A DNA stretch of 64,000 nucleotides from Gemmatimonadota bacterium (GTDB lineage: Bacteria > Gemmatimonadota > Gemmatimonadetes > Palauibacterales > Palauibacteraceae): the NCBI GenBank assembly GCA_963666735.1, contig OY762926.1, positions 1,792,001 through 1,856,000 of the forward strand, written 5' to 3'. Of this stretch, positions 57,240 through 64,000 are shown one piece after another. The notes beneath the pieces are model-generated. The model was not told where the DNA came from, ran no database searches, and was given only the letters and a program-made list of their open reading frames with translations. Position numbers and translations under genes: made by a program. Each line of letters begins with the position of its first letter. The stretch's first letter is position 1.

Positions 57240-58363
57240 GCTCGCCGGGCTGGGCGTAAAGCCGTCGCGAGCGGTTCTCCGAGATCTTCCTCGCCGAGAG
57301 CGAAGCTGTGTCGTCCATCCGCGTCGGTAGCCACCTCGCCGAGTCGCGAAAGGAATACGCAGCGGATCCGGTCCAGGCGAGCCTTCTTGTCCTTCGACAT
57401 CGCATCCTGAATCTCGGTTGGCTCGCGGTCGGTCTCCCAATCGCCGCCGAGCCCGCACGCCTCCAGCAGTGCGGCGAGCTGTTCGGATGTGCCGCGCTCC
57501 GTAATCCCGAGCAGTTCTCCGAGGCGCGACTCGGCGCGCATACCCGCGGCGACGGCCTCGCCATGGAGGAGCTTGTAGCCTTCGAGCGTCTCCAGGGCGT
57601 GGCCGACCGTGTGTCCGAAGTTCAGGATCTCCCGCCGGCCCCGCTCCAGCGGGTCATCGCCGACCACCGCCGCCTTGTGCCGCACCACGCGCTCGATGAG
57701 TTCCGAGGCGGCCTCCGGGTCGCCGCTCGACAGCGCCGCGGACCCGCTCACCATCCAGTCCCAGAGTTCCGCATCGAGAATCGCCGCCGTCTTCACGGCC
57801 TCCGCCAGCCCGGCGCAGCGCTGGCGCCGCGGCAGCGTCTCCAGGACGGCGGGATCGATGAGCACGGCCGATGGGTGATGGAAGGCCCCGATCAGATTCT
57901 TGCCCGCTTCGGTATCGACGCCCGTCTTGCCCCCCACGGAACTGTCCAGCATGGCCAGCAGCGTCGTGGGAATCTGAACGACGGGAACGCCGCGCATGTA
58001 CGTGGCCGCGACGAAACCGGCCAGATCGCCCGCGACCCCGCCTCCGAGCGCGACGACGGCCGAGTCGCGACCGAACCGCGCCTGAAGCATGCGATCGCTC
58101 AGCGCGGCCCACTGCTCGCGACTCTTGTTCCACTCGCCCGCCGGGAACGAGAACAGATCGGCGGCGAGACCCGCCTCCTCCAGGCGGGAGACGATCCCGG
58201 CGCCATAGAGCCGCGCGACCTGCGAGTCCGCGATCACGGCGTATCGGTGCGCCGGCGCATGCCGCCGGCAGACCGATGCGGCTTCGGCGAGCAGCCCCGG
58301 TTCGATGTGAATCGGGTAGCTCCCGCCTTCAGCGACCTGAACTTCCAGCGTCCCGCGGCTCAT
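57236..58363 (-). CDS. aroB: 3-dehydroquinate synthase
   Basis: GEWNKS, ALGGGVAGDLAGF, YMRG, PTTLLAMLDSSVGGKTG, LNFGHTVGH, HGEAV, DKK. Confidence 0.96.
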   Translation of the reverse strand: MSRGTLEVQVAEGGSYPIHIEPGLLAEAASVCRRHAPAHRYAVIADSQVARLYGAGIVSRLEEAGLAADLFSFPAGEWNKSREQWAALSDRMLQARFGRDSAVVALGGGVAGDLAGFVAATYMRGVPVVQIPTTLLAMLDSSVGGKTGVDTEAGKNLIGAFHHPSAVLIDPAVLETLPRRQRCAGLAEAVKTAAILDAELWDWMVSGSAALSSGDPEAASELIERVVRHKAAVVGDDPLERGRREILNFGHTVGHALETLEGYKLLHGEAVAAGMRAESRLGELLGITERGTSEQLAALLEACGLGGDWETDREPTEIQDAMSKDKKARLDRIRCVFLSRLGEVATDADGRHSFALGEEDLGEPLATALRPARRA

Positions 58364-58917
58364 GAACCTCCATCGGAAGCGCCCGCCAGGCGCAGCTCCG
58401 TGAGGGTGACGCCCGCCGGGTCGAGAGCGGTCGCCAACTCGGCGATCGAGCGCCCGAGCGCGGGATGCCGCCAGGCGCCGGCAACCTCCGCCAGCGGCAG
58501 GAGAACGAAGGCCCGCTCCGCCAGCGCGGCGTGTGGAATTGCGAGGTGCGGCGTCTCGACAACTTCGTCCGCGTAGAGAAGGATGTCGAGATCGAGCGGG
58601 CGGGAGGAGAATCTCGGCGCGTCCGGGTCGCGCCCCGCGTCCGATTCGAGATCCTTGAGCGAGACGAGCAGGGCGTCGGGCTCGAGACGAGTCCAGCCGA
58701 CGCAGCAGGCGTTCAGGTAGGCGGGCTGGTCCAGGCCGTAGGCGGGCGCGGTCTCGTAGACCCTGGAGAACCGGGGCTCGACCAGCGCCTTCTTCGCCAG
58801 ACACCGTGCGGCGGCGCGCAGATGGTCGATGCGAGAACCCAGATTCGATCCCATCCCGACGGCCACTGCCCGCAGCGAGGCGTCGGCACCGGAGGATGGC
58901 AGGCCGGACCCCGTCAA
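58360..58917 (-). CDS. folK: 2-amino-4-hydroxy-6-hydroxymethyldihydropteridine diphosphokinase
   Basis: GMGSNLG, SRVYETAP, QPAYLN, RPLDLDILLY, IPH, ERAFVLLPL; start uncertain. Confidence 0.93.
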   Translation of the reverse strand: MTGSGLPSSGADASLRAVAVGMGSNLGSRIDHLRAAARCLAKKALVEPRFSRVYETAPAYGLDQPAYLNACCVGWTRLEPDALLVSLKDLESDAGRDPDAPRFSSRPLDLDILLYADEVVETPHLAIPHAALAERAFVLLPLAEVAGAWRHPALGRSIAELATALDPAGVTLTELRLAGASDGGS

Positions 58918-58939
58918 GCCGCGCTGGGCGCCCGAATCG

Positions 58940-59140
58940 CTAGCGACTCTCCGGGAGTATCGGGACGATGCTGTTCCCCGGATTCGTGTCGCCCGGCTCA
59001 TCGAGCGCGGTGTCTTCCGTCGAATCAACGGACGGAACCGTGGGCCCGACGGTGAGGTCCAGACAGCCGGTCGTGGACGCGCCGGCCAACCCGATCAGGA
59101 CTGCGCATGCCGCCAGGAAGTGCGTGGCTCTCGGTCTCAT
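58940..59140 (-). CDS. Small putative lipoprotein (66 aa)
   Basis: AGAGG RBS; signal peptide ending STTGC; acidic mature part. Confidence 0.55.
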   Translation of the reverse strand: MRPRATHFLAACAVLIGLAGASTTGCLDLTVGPTVPSVDSTEDTALDEPGDTNPGNSIVPILPESR

Positions 59141-59264
59141 ATATGCCTCTGTATGCTTGCTCGGGACCATCTCCGTAGCCGGAAGCTAGTGCGGCGGACG
59201 ACCGCCACACAACGAGGAAACGTCCGAAGTCCCGCTTTTCTGACACGTCCGGCCGCAGACGCGA

Positions 59265-59298
59265 AAGAGGCCACCGGGGACGAACCCGGTGGCCTCTT
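59265..59298 (-). terminator. Inverted repeat / terminator after susD
   Basis: AAGAGGCCACCGGG-N6-CCCGGTGGCCTCTT, 14-bp perfect stem; short T tract on the minus strand. Confidence 0.75.
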
Positions 59299-59326
59299 CC
59301 ATCGGCCGGGTGTACCGCGGAGAGTG

Positions 59327-61060
59327 CTAACGCACGACGAGATCGGCGTTCGCCGCCCGCCGCTCCACGGCCAGGCTCTTCTGGAGACGTTGCAGCGCGA
59401 ATGCCGCCCGCTGCAGCGCGGAATCGAGACTGCCCGGCACCACGGCCGGCGGTATGGGGCTGCCGGCCGAACTCGGTTCACCCCCGCCGAAGGTGTAGAT
59501 GTCCCGCTGCAGAACCTCGAGGTCGGCGGCCGGCATCGGCAACTGCAACGCCGTCCCCGCCGGCAGGATATCGTTGCGCCGTCCGTGCCAGAACTCCAAC
59601 CCGCCAAAGACGTTGAACACGTTCTCGAAGTGCTCCCACCACATCGCGTCGCGCAGGTTGCCGCAACGGCCCTGCACGTCGTACCGCTTCCGCGGCGTGC
59701 ACTCGCCCGCCGCATTGGACGGCACCGCGTCCGTCGGGTTCGACGGCGCGGGAGGCAGGCCCGCCTGGGCGCGCGTCACGTTGATGACGTCGGCGGCGCC
59801 CCCGAAGTTGCCCATGCGGTAGTGCCCCTCGGCGACGTAGTGGTCCATCTCGTTCGACGTCATGGACTCCATCGTGCCGAACTCACACCGGCTGCAACTC
59901 AGAGTGTAGTGCTCGTACCGCGTGTCTCCGTAGTGCGACTGGCGGTACGTACCGCGCTCCGGCCGGAAGATGATCGTCGCGTTGTACCGGGCGACCGGAC
60001 CGGTGGACGCGGCCGTCGGACTCACGCTCTCGCCCAACGTGCCGTTCTCGTTCACCGCCGGGAAGCGCTTGTCGTCGCCGAACGTGAGCCTGCGGGCCGT
60101 ACGCTGTTCCGTCGGTGTCGAGAGCCAATCCTGATACTCTCCGCTCTGATCCGCCATGCCGACCCAGTCCATGTGCATCCGGTGCCAGGTATTGTTCTCC
60201 TGCATGAAAATCTTGATGCCGCTCCACCACGGAGTCCCGGAAGATCGGTCCTCACCGATTACGACGACGTCGCGCATCCCGTTCTGCGCGTCCTGTATGA
60301 CCTTGCTCCAGTTCACGCCGGCGGCCTCGGCGTCGGTTCGGGGCAGGTTCGCCGCGCAACGTGCCTTCCAGCTCACCAGATAGTCGGCGAACTGGTTGTT
60401 GTCCCACGGGTTGCCGTTGATCCACGTGTCCGGAAGCGTGAACGAGGACGCGCGAACCGCAGCTTCCGCCTCGTCCAGCCTGTTCATCGCGTACGCGAAG
60501 ACGGCGTTATAGTCGGCCGTCTCCAGTTCGCCCGCCAGATCCGTCGTCTCGTCGACGATGAACGCCTGGTCGTACCACAACGCCAGCAGACAGGAGAGCA
60601 TCGCCTGACTCGCCATCGCGAACGCGCGCGCGCGCGCGTTGCGCTCGCCTCCGGGGCCGATCTCGAGACCCTCGTCGATGGCCCGGATCCCGTCCGAAGC
60701 CCCCGAGATGCCGGAGTAGGCGTCACCCCAGTTCCCCTCGAATATGTACGAACTGCCGTACGAGGGGGAGTTCGGCAGCGGCTCGCGGGGCTCACGACCG
60801 AGGTCGTTCATCCCCATGTTGCCCCACGTCGCCGTGTGGCGGCTCGACATGTGGTTGAATGCGAAGTTCGCGTTGGTCCAGTAGTGCCCGATTTCCCAGA
60901 CCTTGAGGAAGGAACTCGCGATGAGCGTCTCCACGTCGTCCGGGCCGGCCAAAGCGCGCGCCCGGTCCGGCTCATTCGGGTTGTCGACCTGCAGGTCGCA
61001 GCCCGAAAAGCCGACCGTCAGCGCCAGCGCCAGGGCCGGTAGTGTCAGCTTCTTTTTCAT
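59327..61060 (-). CDS. SusD/RagB-like outer-membrane lipoprotein
   Basis: Lipobox FSGC followed by DLQVDNPN; TPR-like helices; AEG..R..INVTRA..GL; directly downstream of a SusC-like gene. Confidence 0.8.
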   Translation of the reverse strand: MKKKLTLPALALALTVGFSGCDLQVDNPNEPDRARALAGPDDVETLIASSFLKVWEIGHYWTNANFAFNHMSSRHTATWGNMGMNDLGREPREPLPNSPSYGSSYIFEGNWGDAYSGISGASDGIRAIDEGLEIGPGGERNARARAFAMASQAMLSCLLALWYDQAFIVDETTDLAGELETADYNAVFAYAMNRLDEAEAAVRASSFTLPDTWINGNPWDNNQFADYLVSWKARCAANLPRTDAEAAGVNWSKVIQDAQNGMRDVVVIGEDRSSGTPWWSGIKIFMQENNTWHRMHMDWVGMADQSGEYQDWLSTPTEQRTARRLTFGDDKRFPAVNENGTLGESVSPTAASTGPVARYNATIIFRPERGTYRQSHYGDTRYEHYTLSCSRCEFGTMESMTSNEMDHYVAEGHYRMGNFGGAADVINVTRAQAGLPPAPSNPTDAVPSNAAGECTPRKRYDVQGRCGNLRDAMWWEHFENVFNVFGGLEFWHGRRNDILPAGTALQLPMPAADLEVLQRDIYTFGGGEPSSAGSPIPPAVVPGSLDSALQRAAFALQRLQKSLAVERRAANADLVVR

Positions 61061-61114
61061 GACCCCTCCATTACTTCAGTCCAAGTCCGTCCTACCCCCG
61101 TGCATGAAGGGGAC

Positions 61115-64000
61115 TCAAAAAACCAGTTCCGCCGAGAAGGTGAACGTCCGGAAGTTGGGATAGCCGAAGCTGTCCACGCGGTTCACGGCCGCACTGCCAA
61201 GTTGTCCGCCCGCTCTCCCGACCTCGGGGTCGTACCCGCGATACTCGGTGAGCGTAATCAGATTGCGGCCGATGGCATTCAGCGTGATCCGATCGAACAC
61301 ACTGCCGAACAAGGCCTCCATGGCCGTCTCGGGCAACGTGTAGCCGATGGACAGCTCGCGGACCTTGAGCCAGTCGCCGTTCTCGCGGAACCACGAGTTG
61401 TCCGAGCCGACATTGTAGATGACCGACGCGTACCCGGTGGGCTTGTTGAGCTCCAGCGGCTTGCCCGTCTGGTCCACGTCCTCGCCGCGCAACTCGCGAA
61501 GCGCCCACTGGGCCGTGTTGTTGTAGATCGAGTGTCCGACCGAAGCTTCCAGCAGGCTGTTCACGCTGAGGCCCTTGTACCGGAAGTTCATCGCGAACGC
61601 GCCGTTGAAGTCGGGCGTGGTGTTCCCGTACGGCAGGAACTCCGTCAGCCGACACTTCTCCATGTAGTTGGAGGGGTTCTTGGCGACACAGGCGGGGGAA
61701 TAGTCCTGGACGTAGAATGGGTGGCCCCACTGGTACGTGCGAGTGCCGTCTTCGGAGTTAACGTCGACCGTCGTGCCCCACAGCTTGCTGCTGAACCCCT
61801 CGGTGTATTGGGCGCCGCCCGTCGCGACGAGCAACCCGTCATCGTTCACCTGGAAGTTCGCGGCGCATTCCGAAGCCGACACGCCGACCGGCGCCAGATC
61901 CGCGCAGCTCGTGGCCAGCACCTCGCCCCACAACTCGCCCAGCGGACGACCCTCGGAGACGAAGAAGGTCCCCTGCGTGAAGTCGGGCACGTCCAGGCGC
62001 GTGATCTCCTGCTTCGTCCTGTCGAGGTTCAGCCGGAACTGCAGCCCCAGGTCCTGCTCGTCGATCGCCGCGTAGCGGAGCGACGCCTCGTACGTCTGCG
62101 CCGCGATCTCGCCCGCGTTCTGCCACTGGCTCGAGAAACCCACGAACGCCGGCTGCGGAACCCGAAGAAGCTGGTCATCGGTATTCTGCCACGCGTACGT
62201 GAGGTCGAGGCCCAGGTTCTCGAAGAACACGAAGTTGATCCCCGCCTCGCGCTCCGTCGTGTACTCCGGCCTCAGAGCTCGGTTCCCGAGATTGATCGGG
62301 AAGATCGCGCCCGCCGAGACACCGAACGTCTCGTACTGGGCGGCGAAGTTCGGCCGGCCGCCGGCCGTGCCCAACGAGAAGCGCAACTTCAGTTCATCGA
62401 TCGCGTCGATGCTCCAGAAATCTTCCTGTGTGATACGCCATGCAACCGAGCCGCGGTAGTAGGTCTGCCACCGCTCATCGGGCCCGAACAGCGAGGAGCC
62501 GTCGCGCCGAACGAGGCCGTCGACGATGTAGCGGCCGAGGTAGTCGGCGCTCGCGATTCCGAACAGCCCTTCCGCCTTGATGCTGCGGACGGTGTTGCTT
62601 CCGGTCGTCTCGCCGATGATGGCGCCGAAGTTCGGCACGTCCTGTACGGAGAACCGGCTCCCGAACACGCCGTTCGATTCGAAGGCCTGATCCTCGATCA
62701 GGTAGCGGACCTTCCCGCGCACCGTGAGGTCGCCGTCCATGAGCGCCCGGCTCGCACCCAGCGTCACCGACGCGTTGATGGCCTCGTCCGTGAAATTGCC
62801 CTCCCGCAGGCGGCCGCCGGTGAACTCACCCGTGCCGCTGGCGCTGGAAGTGCGCTCGTTCTTCGGCCGGATCTCGTAGTCGCTGAAGTCCGTCCGGTCG
62901 AAGGATGCGTTCGCCTCGAGCGTCAGCCAGTCGATGGCCGCGGGCGAGAAGTTGAGGTCCACCGACCCCATCGTCCGCGTGCGTTCGTCGCGGCTGTCGT
63001 TCGTAGCCAGGAGGTAGAGCGGGTTCGCCTCGATCGACTGCGGGTCCGCGTCGATATCGGGATACCCGTCGAGCGGGGAAATGCCCGAGAGGTCGATCGC
63101 CGGCGATACGAAGGTCAGCCGCGCAAACGCACTGTTCGTGACCGCCTTGTCGTCCTGGTCGGCGCGCGAGTAGAAGCCGCTCGCCGCGATGTCCAGGTCG
63201 CCGAAGCGCGTGTCGACGTTCAGACGCACGTTCTGGCGCTCGTAGCCATCGTCGTTCGGGGTCCCGACATCGAAGGCCGACAGTCCCTGGGCGACGCGAT
63301 CCGCGTTCAGTGTGGCGAGGTTCTCGACACACGCCGAGCAGCTCACCACGCCGGCTTCGCGGAACTGGTCCACGCTCACCCGGAAGCTCGATTCGCCGAA
63401 CCGTCCCGTCACCGCGCCGTAGATGTCCAACGTCTCGCCCGGATCGAAGAACGTGTCCATGTGGTCGAAGAGCTCGCCCGGGAACGCCTGGTTCGCGAAC
63501 GCCGTCGCCACCGTCCCGGGTTCGCCCGGAGCGATCTGGTTGTACAGCAGCGCCGAGCCGAAACCCCTGCGGTTCAGGTCGCGGAAATCGACCTCGTTCC
63601 CGTCTGTGTCGATGAACTTGGTCCCGGCCGCATTCATCGTGTACGGGTGCGAACGCACCAGACCGATGTCGCCGACGAGCTGGCCGAAACCGTACTCGCC
63701 GCGGCCGAGGATGTTCAGCGAATTCGTCTGCAGGCCCGTACCGCGCTTCGTCGTGATCTCGATCACGCCGTTCTGCGCCCGCGAACCGTACAGCGAGGCC
63801 GCCGCCGCGCCCTTCACGATCTCCACATGGTCGATGTCGAGCGCACCCACGTCGGCGAGCGAAGCGCTCTCGGACTGGATGACCCCGTCGATCACGATCA
63901 GCGGTGACTGACTCCGGCCGGAAGCGTCAATCGATGTCGGGCCGCGCAGCATGATCGACGCCGCCTCACCGGGCTGGCCCGAACCGGAAATCACCGACAC
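61115..64000 (-). CDS. SusC/RagA TonB-dependent receptor (5' end outside the window)
   Basis: Plug motifs PLIVIDGV and IEIVKGAAAASLYGSRAQNGVIEITTKRG; RRDGSSLFG, PEYTTE.EAG, YRGYDPE; C-terminal Phe. Confidence 0.93.
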   Translation of the reverse strand: MSVISGSGQPGEAASIMLRGPTSIDASGRSQSPLIVIDGVIQSESASLADVGALDIDHVEIVKGAAAASLYGSRAQNGVIEITTKRGTGLQTNSLNILGRGEYGFGQLVGDIGLVRSHPYTMNAAGTKFIDTDGNEVDFRDLNRRGFGSALLYNQIAPGEPGTVATAFANQAFPGELFDHMDTFFDPGETLDIYGAVTGRFGESSFRVSVDQFREAGVVSCSACVENLATLNADRVAQGLSAFDVGTPNDDGYERQNVRLNVDTRFGDLDIAASGFYSRADQDDKAVTNSAFARLTFVSPAIDLSGISPLDGYPDIDADPQSIEANPLYLLATNDSRDERTRTMGSVDLNFSPAAIDWLTLEANASFDRTDFSDYEIRPKNERTSSASGTGEFTGGRLREGNFTDEAINASVTLGASRALMDGDLTVRGKVRYLIEDQAFESNGVFGSRFSVQDVPNFGAIIGETTGSNTVRSIKAEGLFGIASADYLGRYIVDGLVRRDGSSLFGPDERWQTYYRGSVAWRITQEDFWSIDAIDELKLRFSLGTAGGRPNFAAQYETFGVSAGAIFPINLGNRALRPEYTTEREAGINFVFFENLGLDLTYAWQNTDDQLLRVPQPAFVGFSSQWQNAGEIAAQTYEASLRYAAIDEQDLGLQFRLNLDRTKQEITRLDVPDFTQGTFFVSEGRPLGELWGEVLATSCADLAPVGVSASECAANFQVNDDGLLVATGGAQYTEGFSSKLWGTTVDVNSEDGTRTYQWGHPFYVQDYSPACVAKNPSNYMEKCRLTEFLPYGNTTPDFNGAFAMNFRYKGLSVNSLLEASVGHSIYNNTAQWALRELRGEDVDQTGKPLELNKPTGYASVIYNVGSDNSWFRENGDWLKVRELSIGYTLPETAMEALFGSVFDRITLNAIGRNLITLTEYRGYDPEVGRAGGQLGSAAVNRVDSFGYPNFRTFTFSAELVF

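Overview
A very GC-rich bacterial chromosomal segment, mostly housekeeping and cell-envelope genes in tightly coupled operons with many GTGA/ATGA start-stop overlaps. The gene content (SusC/SusD pair outside an obvious Bacteroidota context, FG-GAP/ASPIC proteins, BNR/VPS10 and DUF5916 proteins, many secreted peptidases) suggests Gemmatimonadota; this is an inference. About 54 CDS can be supported, plus RNase P RNA (3747-4139, minus), tRNA-Arg(UCG) (16301-16374) and a probable 6S RNA (about 42349-42503, minus) upstream of folE. No CRISPR array, transposase, integrase or prophage was seen. Two small accessory islets stand out. (i) Near the tRNA: a VapBC toxin-antitoxin pair, a DUF6197-like gene and a coupled PLD-nuclease/winged-helix gene. 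(ii) An AT-shifted NYN-domain RNase gene preceded by its own sigma70-type promoter, a ~75-nt two-hairpin RNA and a strong intrinsic terminator. This second layout matches RNA-antitoxin (type III-like) toxin-antitoxin or abortive-infection systems and is the best candidate for an undescribed system. Also notable: a NYN-LOTUS-disordered-HhH RNase, a DUF5916 gene with two apparent in-frame deletions, and helically phased MraZ-box-like repeats. All family assignments are by motif recognition from memory; no searches were run.
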